Part shown: positions 16,409 through 26,109 of the stretch, one piece after another | Position numbering within the stretch: position 1 is the first letter of the stretch | Layout: every line of letters begins with the position of its first letter | IMG/VR virus record: IMGVR_UViG_3300009285_000507 | Location: 32,749-96,748 of that record | Origin: a virus | Lineage: Duplodnaviria; Heunggongvirae; Uroviricota; Caudoviricetes | DNA: 64,000 bases | Reading direction: 5' to 3' (one strand) | Notes under the pieces: generated by a model | Told to the model about the DNA's origin: nothing | The model's database searches: none | The model's input: only the letters and a program-made list of their open reading frames with translations | Position numbers and translations under genes: made by a program

Positions 16409-17407
16409 ATGGCAAAGAAGAGTGCTGACACTATTAGTAAGAGTGGGGCTGATATCTACAAGAAGATGGCTGCTAAGTACCCATCCCGTCTACAGTGCAG
16501 ACGTATTCCTTTGACGGACAAGGCACTGAATGATGGCTTCGGTGGTGGTTACCCAATGGCCAAGCAGGTTATGTTATACAGCCGTGAGGGTGTTGGTAAA
16601 ACAAACGTAGCCCTTGCCATCTGTAAGGCATATTGTGACGCTGGTTATGCTGTGGTCTACATGGACTTCGAGAACTCTCTAGTTGAGTCATTGATTGAGA
16701 ATTTCGGTCTTACTCAGTATGAGGGTACCCTGTTCTTTCTTCACCAGGATGTCCATACTTACACGGACTTCCAGAACATGGCAGATGCATATCTGGACAT
16801 GGAGAATCTTGGACTCATTGTTATTGATAGCGAATCTGACATTGTACCGGATCAGGTTTGCGACGGTGACATCCAGGATATCCAGCCAGGTTTGAAGTCA
16901 CGGCTGACATCAAATATTCAGATGAAGTACAACAGTCAGTGGCGTAGTCGTGACATTGGTATCCTGTGGATCCAGCAGATGCGGGCCAAGTTTAACTTTG
17001 GCTTCGCTCCTCCTGGGGCTCGTACAGAGGAAGCAGCTGGGGCAAAGTCACTGAAGTTCGCTCTTGATGTTCAGGTAGAACTACGTGTTAAGAAGCAGCT
17101 ATCACACGCAGATACAACTGTGTATGGTGCAGACATTTCATTCATCTTTGACAAGAACAAGACGGCACCACGTAAGAAGGTTGAGTCAACTATTATCTAT
17201 GGTCATGGCTTTGATCCACTTGCGTCACTGACAGCTGCACTGACTGAGTTCGGGTACTTGAAGCAGGACGAAAAGCTTTACGAGCTGCACTGCTTGCTTG
17301 AAGACAAGATCATTAAGTTTAAGAGTAGGACTGCTTTGTACAAGTACTTTAATGACAACATGAACAAGATTCTAGATCTGCTGAAAGAGAAGCACGGAGT
17401 AGAGTAG
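16409..17407 (+). CDS. RecA/UvsX-family recombinase
   Basis: GGGYPMAKQVMLYSREGVGKT gives the Walker A in RecA context. VYMDFENSL parallels RecA AFIDAEHAL. Length 332 aa. Confidence 0.6.
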   Translation: MAKKSADTISKSGADIYKKMAAKYPSRLQCRRIPLTDKALNDGFGGGYPMAKQVMLYSREGVGKTNVALAICKAYCDAGYAVVYMDFENSLVESLIENFGLTQYEGTLFFLHQDVHTYTDFQNMADAYLDMENLGLIVIDSESDIVPDQVCDGDIQDIQPGLKSRLTSNIQMKYNSQWRSRDIGILWIQQMRAKFNFGFAPPGARTEEAAGAKSLKFALDVQVELRVKKQLSHADTTVYGADISFIFDKNKTAPRKKVESTIIYGHGFDPLASLTAALTEFGYLKQDEKLYELHCLLEDKIIKFKSRTALYKYFNDNMNKILDLLKEKHGVE

Positions 17408-18471
17408 TGCTTAAAGTATTCATCAAGGACTTTCAAATCATCGGTCAGACCAGGCTTGATATAGATGGTCTGACCTTTCTGGTTGGTTCTGGCGATAACG
17501 GTAAGTCCTCAGTTGTAAGAGCTATGCAGTATGGGATATACAACAAGCTCGGTGATGACTTCATTAGGCAGGGTGTTAACGGTTGCAGCGTAGCACTAAA
17601 GTTTAATGATGACTTTAAGTTCGCTTGGAAGAAGTCTAGGGGTAAGGGTGGAGAGTACCTTCTTCCAAGCGGTGAATACGGAAAGCTTGGGAAGTCTGAT
17701 TTTGAGGGTGTTGTTGAGGAAGGACTGCTCCCTCTAACCACAAGTGTGGGTGATTTCTACCTTAACTTCTGGAACCAGATGGAGCAGTTCCTTGTTGTAA
17801 ATCGCCCAGACACGCATAAGTTCGAGATACTCTCCAGTATATTCTCTGGAGAGAAATACCAGGAGATGCTCAAAAAGGTTGGGGATGATCTAAAGGCAGT
17901 TCAGAAAGCATGCTCTAATGAGTATATGAAGAAGGAGATGCTATCAGGGTATGTAGCTTCAAGCACTGATAAGCTGCAGTTGTTCTCTGATATTGATAGC
18001 ATAAAAAATGAGGTAAGCAAGCTCTCTATGTCTGTAGACAGACTTGACACAATGAGTAGCTTATTGGAAAGACACACTACTACTGAGGGTAAGCTTTCCT
18101 CAATGACTGACACGGCTGCAACATGTACAAAGATAGTTAGTTTCTTTGTTAAGAAGCAGGGTGTTGTAGTTGAGGATATTGACGAGTTAAAGAATATTGA
18201 TTCAAAGTATAGATTGGTACTTAAAGCCAGGGATCTTAGAAACTCCATTAAAAGGCTGGAGGAATACTGTAGTGCTGCGAGTGTGAAGCTGGTTGTGAGC
18301 AAGTCAGATGTGGATAAATGTGCACAGATGGAATCATTACTACAACTAAGAAAAGTAAAGCTAGTCACTATATCAGCGATGTCTTCCAAGTTAGAGGATA
18401 CTTTGTTTAAACTCAAAGAGGAAGAAGCTGTTAAGAGCGAATTTGACACATGTCCATTCTGCGGAAAATAG
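17407..18471 (+). CDS. sbcC: SbcC/Rad50-like ATPase, N-terminal half ending at a CxxC zinc hook
   Basis: FLVGSGDNGKSSVVRAM is a Walker A in the Rad50/SbcC N-lobe context. A long coiled-coil region follows. The ORF terminates with CPFCGK, the hook motif. Confidence 0.6.
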   Translation: MLKVFIKDFQIIGQTRLDIDGLTFLVGSGDNGKSSVVRAMQYGIYNKLGDDFIRQGVNGCSVALKFNDDFKFAWKKSRGKGGEYLLPSGEYGKLGKSDFEGVVEEGLLPLTTSVGDFYLNFWNQMEQFLVVNRPDTHKFEILSSIFSGEKYQEMLKKVGDDLKAVQKACSNEYMKKEMLSGYVASSTDKLQLFSDIDSIKNEVSKLSMSVDRLDTMSSLLERHTTTEGKLSSMTDTAATCTKIVSFFVKKQGVVVEDIDELKNIDSKYRLVLKARDLRNSIKRLEEYCSAASVKLVVSKSDVDKCAQMESLLQLRKVKLVTISAMSSKLEDTLFKLKEEEAVKSEFDTCPFCGK

Positions 18472-18486
18472 ATTAGGAGCTATAAA

Positions 18487-18750
18487 ATGAATTTACAGGA
18501 ACGCTACCTAAGGTGCAGTGAGAACATCGAGGAGCTAAAGCGTAAGTCTGTTGAGTACGAGACACGCAAGAAGTCTCTTGAGGCAGAGCTGAAAGACATT
18601 GATGCTGAGATTAACAGTATTGGCTTATCCCCAGAGACACTCCAGAAGCAGTACGAGGATCTTAAGAAAAAGATTGAGGCTAGGATGGCAGTTCTTGAGG
18701 AGAACCTCAAACAGGCTGCTGCCAAGATAGCCGGTGAAGAGGAAGACTAA
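18487..18750 (+). CDS. coiled-coil protein (87 aa)
   Basis: Own AGGAG Shine-Dalgarno; heptad-rich sequence between the two SbcC halves. Confidence 0.45.
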   Translation: MNLQERYLRCSENIEELKRKSVEYETRKKSLEAELKDIDAEINSIGLSPETLQKQYEDLKKKIEARMAVLEENLKQAAAKIAGEEED

Positions 18751-19142
18751 TGGTTGTCAGAAGAAAGTTCGAGTCACTTAAGGACGCAATAGCAAGTGTA
18801 AAGTGTCCTTCCCAGAAGTTTGTTAAGCTAAACATCTGGTGCAGTAACAAGGGCCTTGATCTATTTCTTACCAAGACTGACGATGGGATGTGTGTTGTGC
18901 AGGTGTTAACTCGTGAGGAGTTCAAGCGGATCATCTTCATGAAGAAGATAAACATGCTTGACTATGATTTAAACACTACTATAACAAGTATTGCTGACAA
19001 CATAGAGATGAACTACAGCTATTACATTAGGGTTGTTAGCAGGGCCAAGGCTGACTTTATAGCCTCAACTGCTTTCCCTGTGGTTGTGTTCTTCAGTGGA
19101 AATGTTGCGAAGTACAGTGAGGGCTCAATCTATGTTGAGTAA
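18750..19142 (+). CDS. hypothetical protein (130 aa) inserted between SbcC halves
   Basis: Translationally coupled to the upstream gene (TAATGG). Not coiled-coil, no motif. Confidence 0.4.
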   Translation: MVVRRKFESLKDAIASVKCPSQKFVKLNIWCSNKGLDLFLTKTDDGMCVVQVLTREEFKRIIFMKKINMLDYDLNTTITSIADNIEMNYSYYIRVVSRAKADFIASTAFPVVVFFSGNVAKYSEGSIYVE

Positions 19143-19791
19143 GCGTCTCCAGGCTATATCTGATTCAGTGAACAGATTGGATGGGGAGAGAGATTCCTTA
19201 GTTAAGTCGATTGAATCATTCGTTGAGTCCATTGCTGAATGTGACAGCAACATAAGCACACTTGAGACAGACCTTAAAGTACTTGGCACAAGCATGGAGA
19301 TACTAAAAGAGTTCATCAGTATCCTATCAACATATGGTTTAAGCCAGTACACTGAGTTGATTAACCGTGGTCTAAAGACTATCTTTGTAGACAGAAACTA
19401 CGAGTTCAAGATCGAGATTGACAACAGGGGTAGAACAAAGAAAGCAACCATGCTTTCACGAAGGGAAATTGATGGGGAGTGGTGTGACTGGAGAAACATT
19501 GACCACGCGAACGGTGGAACACTACGTGCTATAATTGACCTAATAACAAGGGTTTATCTAATTAGCTCAATGGGCCGTAGGCGGTTCATAGTGTTTGATG
19601 AGTCACTGTCTCAGATGTCTGAGGAGTACGTTCCCAATGTAATTAGCTTCCTTGAGGTTCTCTCAAAGGAGATGGGTTTCGACATACTGTTCCTTAGCCA
19701 GGATCCAAGATACATAGGGCATGCTAACAGAGCGTACAAGATGTCCTGGGGTAACGCAGTTCTACTAGAGACAGAGGCTAGCAATGGATAA
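19084..19791 (+). CDS. sbcC: SbcC/Rad50-like ATPase, C-terminal half
   Basis: Coiled-coil. GGTLRAII is signature-like. Walker B IVFDESLSQM. H-loop LSQDPRYIGHANRAY. The in-frame ATG at 19132 (MLSKRL) is a plausible true start. Confidence 0.6.
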   Translation: MCSSVEMLRSTVRAQSMLSKRLQAISDSVNRLDGERDSLVKSIESFVESIAECDSNISTLETDLKVLGTSMEILKEFISILSTYGLSQYTELINRGLKTIFVDRNYEFKIEIDNRGRTKKATMLSRREIDGEWCDWRNIDHANGGTLRAIIDLITRVYLISSMGRRRFIVFDESLSQMSEEYVPNVISFLEVLSKEMGFDILFLSQDPRYIGHANRAYKMSWGNAVLLETEASNG

Positions 19792-20701
19792 AATAGCCAT
19801 TATTGGTGACCTTCATATAGATCAGAAAGCCCCTGCATCGCGCAAGGATGACTATACACGAACGTTGTTCTCAAAGCTGGACCAAGTATACTCCATAGCT
19901 CATACGAACAACTGCAGTGCCATTGTGTGCACTGGTGACGTATTCAACAGGAAGACCATATCCATCCCATTCCTTGTTGAGGTTATTGATTTCTTCAAGA
20001 AACATGCAGACGAGGATAAAGATCTACTATTCTATTCTGTGGCTGGTAATCACGACCTATACTATGGGAGAGCAGACTCCCTATTTAAGACACCACTAGG
20101 TGTTCTGTTCTCCTCAGGTGCCATTAAACACGGTGTCATCACCACAACTTATGGTAGTACGATATCCTGTATTGACTATGACAGAGCACCACAAGACAAG
20201 ATTACTCTTGAATCAGACATTACAGCTATGCACAAGTACATGCATAGTGACTACAAGAGTGATGAAGATTACGTTGATTACAAAGCCATAGAGGGTTGTG
20301 GTGTTATAGCGTGTGGTCATGATCACAATAGCTATGAACCAGTAAGTCATAAAGGTAAGATACTTGTTCGTCCTGGGTCTCTCATGAGGTGCACCAGCAG
20401 TATTGAGGACCAGCAGAGGGAGATAGTAGTTGATATTATTGGGGTTGAAAATAAGGGATCCAGAGTAGTATCATATATAGACAGGGTTAGATTAGATATT
20501 GAGCCTTGCGAGAACATATACTCAGAGCAGAAGTTGGCAAGCAAGGAGTACAAGAAGGGTCTTATCTCGTTCATTGAGGATATGAAGAAGGCACCCAGCA
20601 AGAGGGGTGACTCCGTTAAGATACTGAAGGATCTGTGCAAAGGAAACAAGGTTCTATATGATACCTGTTCTGAGTATCTGAGAACATACAGTATCATATA
20701 A
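19784..20701 (+). CDS. sbcD: SbcD/Mre11 nuclease (calcineurin-like phosphoesterase)
   Basis: Motifs IIGDLHID, TGDVFN, GNHD and GHDH in canonical order. Length 305 aa. Confidence 0.85.
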   Translation: MDKIAIIGDLHIDQKAPASRKDDYTRTLFSKLDQVYSIAHTNNCSAIVCTGDVFNRKTISIPFLVEVIDFFKKHADEDKDLLFYSVAGNHDLYYGRADSLFKTPLGVLFSSGAIKHGVITTTYGSTISCIDYDRAPQDKITLESDITAMHKYMHSDYKSDEDYVDYKAIEGCGVIACGHDHNSYEPVSHKGKILVRPGSLMRCTSSIEDQQREIVVDIIGVENKGSRVVSYIDRVRLDIEPCENIYSEQKLASKEYKKGLISFIEDMKKAPSKRGDSVKILKDLCKGNKVLYDTCSEYLRTYSII

Positions 20702-20712
20702 CAGGAGAGGAC

Positions 20713-21396
20713 ATGGTTTCAGATGAAGAAGCCAAGAAGTACTGGGGGAAATCTCGTCCAGTACAGGATTTCAATAGTAACTTTAATGAGGCACACTACT
20801 GGGTGGAGTACCTGAAAGCTAGGAAGAACAGGTGCATCAGGGTTGGTGTGGATAAGCTTGATGGGTTCTCAACAGACTCAAGAGACTACCCATTGTTCAT
20901 TATACCCATGTTCTTTATGAATGAGCATATTGGTTTTCAGCTGCGTTCAATAAAGACGGACAGGAGAATGATAGTAAAGAGCTGTGGCTTCATCTGTTAC
21001 ACACCTGACAGGTTGAGAGCTACACTCATGAAAGGAAATGTAGCAAGAATTCCTTACATGGTTCTGTCAGAAGGTCCTATGGATTCTGAGGTTATAGAGG
21101 AGCAGGTTACGTACTCTATGGCTTGTTGTGGTTCACTGCCATCCAGGAATCTTCTGAAGGCACTTTCAGTGTTCACAAGTAAGATTATTTTTATCCCTGA
21201 TAATGATGAAACTGGTAGAGAGCAGGGGGAAAGATTTGAAAAGTATGTTAGTAAGGTGGTAGAATACAGTAGGGTTGGGGTTATCTACCCTGATAAAAGA
21301 GTTAAGGACTTTGGTGACTTGGCACGTAGAAAGTATATTGGAATACGAAGAGAGCTACTAGACAGTCTTCAAACTAAACTGGAGGTATTGATATGA
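20713..21396 (+). CDS. DnaG-type primase catalytic (TOPRIM) domain protein
   Basis: MVLSEGPMDS supplies the TOPRIM Glu. FIPDNDETGREQGERF supplies the DxD. Length 227 aa. No Zn finger and no helicase domain. Confidence 0.6.
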   Translation: MVSDEEAKKYWGKSRPVQDFNSNFNEAHYWVEYLKARKNRCIRVGVDKLDGFSTDSRDYPLFIIPMFFMNEHIGFQLRSIKTDRRMIVKSCGFICYTPDRLRATLMKGNVARIPYMVLSEGPMDSEVIEEQVTYSMACCGSLPSRNLLKALSVFTSKIIFIPDNDETGREQGERFEKYVSKVVEYSRVGVIYPDKRVKDFGDLARRKYIGIRRELLDSLQTKLEVLI

Positions 21397-21641
21397 GCAA
21401 TGCAGAGAGTGCACCTATTGAGGTAGAGACAGAGGAGCTTGTGAAATTCATCAAGGATAACGCTGATGATATTCGTAAGCATATGGTAAGCAAGGAACTT
21501 AGTAAGATTAACTGCAAGAAGTGCAATGCAACTGGTGTGTATGGCTACTCTAAGGGTAAGCCAATTGTGTGCAGTTGTGTGTACAAGGTTTACAAGAGTC
21601 TCAACCCAGTTATTGAGCCGGTTATTGAGGCAAAGATCTAG
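21393..21641 (+). CDS. small zinc-ribbon protein (82 aa)
   Basis: CKKCNATG...CSCV; overlaps neighbours by 4 nt on each side. Confidence 0.45.
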   Translation: MSNAESAPIEVETEELVKFIKDNADDIRKHMVSKELSKINCKKCNATGVYGYSKGKPIVCSCVYKVYKSLNPVIEPVIEAKI

Positions 21642-22706
21642 GTGAAGTTAGCCGACAGGATTCAACCTCTAGCTTTCAGTAGTATTCGTGGCCAGTCAAA
21701 TGCCATAGGATTACTGAAAGCTATTCTGTCTGATCCGTCGTCTGCTCCACGGAGTATCATTATTCACGGTGGTCCTGGCTATGGCAAGACCACCATTGCT
21801 AGGATATTTGCAAGAGCACTGAACTGCACAAATGGAACATCAAACGACTGTTGTTCTGTGTGTGAGTCTTGCTCAAGTAGTATTGACAGTGCACCATATT
21901 ACAAGGACTTTAACCCCATGTTTAGCGTTAATGCTTTGGCTAACATGGTGTCAGGTGCGCCTGAAGGATCTAAGAGGGTTATAGTTATAGACTGTCTTAA
22001 TAGATCTGTCAACCAGGATCACGTAGTTCGTATGCTGGATGAGTACTACTCAAAGGTATTCTTTGTGTTCACATCCAATGATATTAGTTGTTTGCATGAC
22101 CGTATAAGAGCAAGGTCAGTTGAGATATGTCTTGACAAGCCCACTCTGAAAGACGTGTGTCTAGTTCTAAAGGGGGCTAATGTTACAGACATCACAGGGG
22201 TTGCTCCTAGTAACGATCTTATCTTCAAGATTGCCTGTGCATCGAATGGGGACTACAATAAGGCCATAACCTCACTATGCATGTTCACGGTTACAGGAGA
22301 CATAGCACAACTGAGAAATAGCTTGACTGATAATGAGCACCTTATTGTTGATCTGATGTCCAAGTATGAGGACGAGGTTGAATATAGTAATGCACTAGCA
22401 CACTTGACCGCGTTATCCCTTGACATGCTGCGTGATAACTTCTTTAGCGTTGTACTAAAGATGGTCAACAACAAGGTTGGGGTTGGTTCACAACCTGATT
22501 ATATCAAGTCATTTGTGGAATCACACAATAAAATTATATTCGATTTAGTTAAGTTCAGTGGCAAGGACTGGGTTGTAAATTCATTCGCTAACCATATGTC
22601 TTTTGTTAGTGTTATGTGGGCCTTGCGTGAGCTACTTCTGTCATCAAAGTCTACGAGCAGTTCAGTAGTTAGCATGGATAAGTTTAAGAAAAAGATAGAA
22701 AGCTAG
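21642..22706 (+). CDS. AAA+ clamp-loader subunit (DnaX gamma/tau-like)
   Basis: HGGPGYGKTTIARIFARALNC followed by the zinc module CCSVCESC, as in DnaX. VIVIDCL is the Walker B. SNDISCLHDRIRARS is SRC-like. GTG start. Confidence 0.7.
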   Translation: MKLADRIQPLAFSSIRGQSNAIGLLKAILSDPSSAPRSIIIHGGPGYGKTTIARIFARALNCTNGTSNDCCSVCESCSSSIDSAPYYKDFNPMFSVNALANMVSGAPEGSKRVIVIDCLNRSVNQDHVVRMLDEYYSKVFFVFTSNDISCLHDRIRARSVEICLDKPTLKDVCLVLKGANVTDITGVAPSNDLIFKIACASNGDYNKAITSLCMFTVTGDIAQLRNSLTDNEHLIVDLMSKYEDEVEYSNALAHLTALSLDMLRDNFFSVVLKMVNNKVGVGSQPDYIKSFVESHNKIIFDLVKFSGKDWVVNSFANHMSFVSVMWALRELLLSSKSTSSSVVSMDKFKKKIES

Positions 22707-22724
22707 CGTTTATTGTGGTATAAT
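22696..22724 (+). promoter_or_regulatory. candidate promoter TAGAAA-N17-TGGTATAAT
   Basis: Same bipartite arrangement as at 10848; 31 nt upstream of the ATG at 22756. Confidence 0.5.
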
Positions 22725-22755
22725 ATAGGTATACTACAGGTGTGGGGTATACTTA

Positions 22756-23208
22756 ATGATAAGTGTAGATTCATTTATCTCCTATGCTAGGGGAGATAAA
22801 TTTGATGAGAAAGATTTTTATCTAAATCTAAACAAGTTGGTCAGTGTTGTCATTAATCGCTACTTTAGGTATTACCAAGACAGAGAAGAGCTGGAAGCAA
22901 TAGCAAACCTGGAAGTTATCAAACTGCTAAAAGATGAAGCGTTTGATGAGAGTAACAAAGTCCTAAACTATTTATTCACAGGCATTCGTAACAGACTAAC
23001 AAATTTCCTATATAATCTAAATACTAAGTTTCCATTGATAGTTGAGGATGAAGCAACCCTTGATGTATCAGATGAGACTTTTGACTTCCATGATGTTGCT
23101 CTTCCAAGTGATGAGTACAACGATTCATGGATAGACAAGAAATTTGGTAAAAACATAGATCACTATAAAGGTATCTATTTGTTTAGATTCTTCCAGAGGA
23201 ATGGGTGA
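22756..23208 (+). CDS. sigma factor, region-2-like (gp55-like candidate)
   Basis: VVINRYFRYYQDREELEAIANLEVIKLLKDEAFDESNKVLNYLFTGIRNRLTNFL follows the sigma-70 region 2.1-2.4 pattern. Length 150 aa. Confidence 0.5.
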   Translation: MISVDSFISYARGDKFDEKDFYLNLNKLVSVVINRYFRYYQDREELEAIANLEVIKLLKDEAFDESNKVLNYLFTGIRNRLTNFLYNLNTKFPLIVEDEATLDVSDETFDFHDVALPSDEYNDSWIDKKFGKNIDHYKGIYLFRFFQRNG

Positions 23209-23647
23209 TATGGCAAAGAAAGCCAAGAAGGAAGTTATACAAAAGATTGATAAGGTTGACTTTATAGAGAGCTACGGGGATACAGTTGACTTCATGACTG
23301 CTCGTTACCTGTCATCACGTAGAAAGACAAAGACATTCCTTGAGCTATACGTTCTTCTTGGAGCTGACTTCTTTACGTTCATGTCAATCTTCGCTGGTAA
23401 ATCAATTAAGTTCCCTAAGCTTAGCGTTGTTCGTAAGATGCAGCGTGATCTTAATGTATGCTTTGACTATGGCAAGATGACACTGGAGGACATGACAAAA
23501 AAGTATGGCTTGCGCAAGGCGGCTGTATTGAGCATAAAGAGAAAGATTGATAGAAACTTAGCATCATATGACATTCTAGATGAGGAGATCGAAGATGGCA
23601 GATTCCAAGAGTCCTATAGAACTTACAAAAAATTTACTAGGTCCTGA
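23201..23647 (+). CDS. sigma region-4-like HTH protein (possible second half of split sigma or gp33-like partner)
   Basis: TLEDMTKKYGLRKAAVLSIKRKIDRNL resembles the sigma region 4.2 HTH. Overlaps the previous gene by 8 nt. Confidence 0.4.
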   Translation: MGDMAKKAKKEVIQKIDKVDFIESYGDTVDFMTARYLSSRRKTKTFLELYVLLGADFFTFMSIFAGKSIKFPKLSVVRKMQRDLNVCFDYGKMTLEDMTKKYGLRKAAVLSIKRKIDRNLASYDILDEEIEDGRFQESYRTYKKFTRS

Positions 23648-24140
23648 TTTCTTTGAGACCATCACTAAGATGGCGGCATCACAGGGCACAGATGTAAACA
23701 GGGAAGTAGAGAAGAGCACTGGTCAACTCAACCTGGCACTGTCGCACATCATCATCAGCAGACTACCGATCCTCCAGAAGATGATTGACTTCCTAAACAG
23801 GACAGAGACCCGTCTATTTAGTGATGAGGTGTTTGAGCTCAGTACCATGAAGTTCTTCAATGCTGAAGGTGAGCAGATTGATGTGTTCAATAGTGAGGGG
23901 CGCAAGCTTGACACAATCTATGATCTAAAGATGCTACGTGACTTCTATGAGAAGGTTAACAAGGACTTCCTCAACATCCTCGAGTTCATACGTAAGTACA
24001 CCAGCAAGATTCCATTAGAGTCTGGTAATGAGCTTACAGAGCGCGAGAAGGATATCATGCGTGTTCTGTCACAGCTATCAGATGAAGAGCTTGCTGAGAT
24101 CAGCCGCATTGTTTATGAAAGGCAGTCAAAGAAGAAATGA
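23595..24140 (+). CDS. putative terminase small subunit
   Basis: About 180-aa protein immediately upstream of and overlapping terL. Assignment is positional only. Confidence 0.3.
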   Translation: MADSKSPIELTKNLLGPDFFETITKMAASQGTDVNREVEKSTGQLNLALSHIIISRLPILQKMIDFLNRTETRLFSDEVFELSTMKFFNAEGEQIDVFNSEGRKLDTIYDLKMLRDFYEKVNKDFLNILEFIRKYTSKIPLESGNELTEREKDIMRVLSQLSDEELAEISRIVYERQSKKK

Positions 24141-26098
24141 GTGACAAGTTATCCGATGCCCTCTCTGGCCTTTTAAAGGTAGAGAGGAAGCATCGTGAGG
24201 TCAAGGATGACCCTGAGCAGATACGAGAAGTAGTTCCTATTGAGGACTGGCTATCCCCGTACTATATTGGTAGCCATGCAGATAAGCTCTATCCTTTCTG
24301 GCAGGAACACATGAGGGAGTTCAGAAAATCCAAATGTTCTGAGCTGCTCATCGACGGCAGTTTGGGTGCAGGAAAAAGTACTTTTGGTTATATTGTGTTT
24401 TTACGAAGGATATACGAGCTCTCTTGTTACAAGTACCCCCAAAGACTTTTTAAGGTGCCAGATTCATCACGACTATTCTTTGGGTACATAGCCGTGACAT
24501 CTGCTCAGACGAAGCTATCAGGGTTCTCTGACTTGATGGCAATCATTGATGATGCTCCATACTTCAGAAATGACTACAAGAGAAACATGGACATAACATC
24601 AGCCGCACAGTTCCCCAATGGTGTTAACCTTGTTCATGGTTCTGACTCTGTATCAGTTCTAGGTACAAACCTTCTAGGGTGCTTTTGCGATGAGGTAAAC
24701 TTCTGGAAGGAAGGTGGCGGTGGTAAAGCCGGTGATCTTGAAAAGGCCCGTCGTATCTATAGGGACACCACTGACAGAAGACGTAACCGTTTCATGAAGC
24801 ATGGTGTAGATCCTGGTATATCAATTCTTGTATCTTCGTCAACTAATGATTCATCATTCACAGATGACCGCAGAGAAAAAGCTAAGCCTGGAACATGTTA
24901 CTTTGTCAACGTAAAGATCTGGGATGTAAAGCCTAATGATTACTCCAAAGAAATGTTCTGCGTGTTTGCTGGTGATGAAGACAGAGTTCCAGCTGTAATT
25001 GAGGATACAAAAAACCTTAATGATATCCTTGTGTCCTACGGCTATGATACTATGGCTGAGGATACTAAGTCACTGGCAGATAATGTAGATAACCTTGAGG
25101 GTAGTCTTAAGCATAAGTTCCTATTCATTCCAGTTGACTTCAAGAATGACTTCCTTGATGATCCAGTAAGATCACTGCAGAACATTGGTGGTGTGTCTGT
25201 AACATCTGTGTCAAAGTTGTTCACGGATATCAAGGCATTCAATAATTGTATTGATCCTATCCGTGAGCACCCTTTCATAGCCCAGGAGATTGTTGTATCT
25301 ACCTCTGATTACAAAGAGATAGAGGGTTACTTTATACCAGAGAAGATCTGTAACTGCCCAGACAACGCAGCTAACTCCAAGGCTAAGATCTATTCACCGA
25401 AGTATTTCCCAGGTGCTAAGAGAGTTATCCATGTTGACTTGTCTGCTACTGGGGATCCAACTGGTATAGCTATGGGTTGTGTGTCAAACTTTAAACAAGT
25501 TAGAGGTGGTGACTTTTCACTACCTGTTATACACATTGACTTTATGCTACGTATTCAACCACCAAAAGCACCTGCAAGAATTGACTATGAGAAGATTAAG
25601 TCCTTCATTATGGCTCTCAAGGAGAAGTTTAACTTTGAGATCAACAGCGTATCGTTCGACCAAAACCAATCTGAAAGCATGCTGCAGTTCTTTGAGAAGG
25701 CCATAGGTGATAGCAAGCGGATCAGTATGGATAGAAGTGACACAGTGTGGATGGATGCATGCGAACTTATGTATTCCACTAGAATTTCCTTTTACTTATA
25801 TAGTATATTCAGGACTGAGTGGTTTAACTTAATCCACGACAGGACCCGTGGCGACGTTGATCACCCTATTAAAAATGGGGATGGGTCAGACGGAACCAAG
25901 GACGTAAGTGACGCAGTAGTTGGTGTTATAACAAATCTACTTCAAAGGGAGATGCTAGAAAGATCTTCTGTTGACAATCTAATGGGCATAAGTAAACTTG
26001 GGGACACAAGTGACGCATGGGTATCTCCGAGCATTGGTATTAACCCGTTTCAAAGTAAGGACAAAGCTAGGGCTAAGGCCAGTAGCTTATTTTTCTAG
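24137..26098 (+). CDS. terL: terminase large subunit
   Basis: Walker A LIDGSLGAGKST. Walker B region GCFCDEVNFW. C-terminal nuclease-like VIHVDLSATGDPTGIAMG. Length 653 aa. Confidence 0.75.
   Translation: MSDKLSDALSGLLKVERKHREVKDDPEQIREVVPIEDWLSPYYIGSHADKLYPFWQEHMREFRKSKCSELLIDGSLGAGKSTFGYIVFLRRIYELSCYKYPQRLFKVPDSSRLFFGYIAVTSAQTKLSGFSDLMAIIDDAPYFRNDYKRNMDITSAAQFPNGVNLVHGSDSVSVLGTNLLGCFCDEVNFWKEGGGGKAGDLEKARRIYRDTTDRRRNRFMKHGVDPGISILVSSSTNDSSFTDDRREKAKPGTCYFVNVKIWDVKPNDYSKEMFCVFAGDEDRVPAVIEDTKNLNDILVSYGYDTMAEDTKSLADNVDNLEGSLKHKFLFIPVDFKNDFLDDPVRSLQNIGGVSVTSVSKLFTDIKAFNNCIDPIREHPFIAQEIVVSTSDYKEIEGYFIPEKICNCPDNAANSKAKIYSPKYFPGAKRVIHVDLSATGDPTGIAMGCVSNFKQVRGGDFSLPVIHIDFMLRIQPPKAPARIDYEKIKSFIMALKEKFNFEINSVSFDQNQSESMLQFFEKAIGDSKRISMDRSDTVWMDACELMYSTRISFYLYSIFRTEWFNLIHDRTRGDVDHPIKNGDGSDGTKDVSDAVVGVITNLLQREMLERSSVDNLMGISKLGDTSDAWVSPSIGINPFQSKDKARAKASSLFF
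25790..25806 (+). promoter_or_regulatory. late-promoter-like motif inside terL (CCTTTTACTTATATAGT)
   Basis: Near-identical to the intergenic motif at 56771 (CCTTTTTACTTATACATT). Confidence 0.3.
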
Positions 26099-26109
26099 TG
26101 AGGTAAAAG

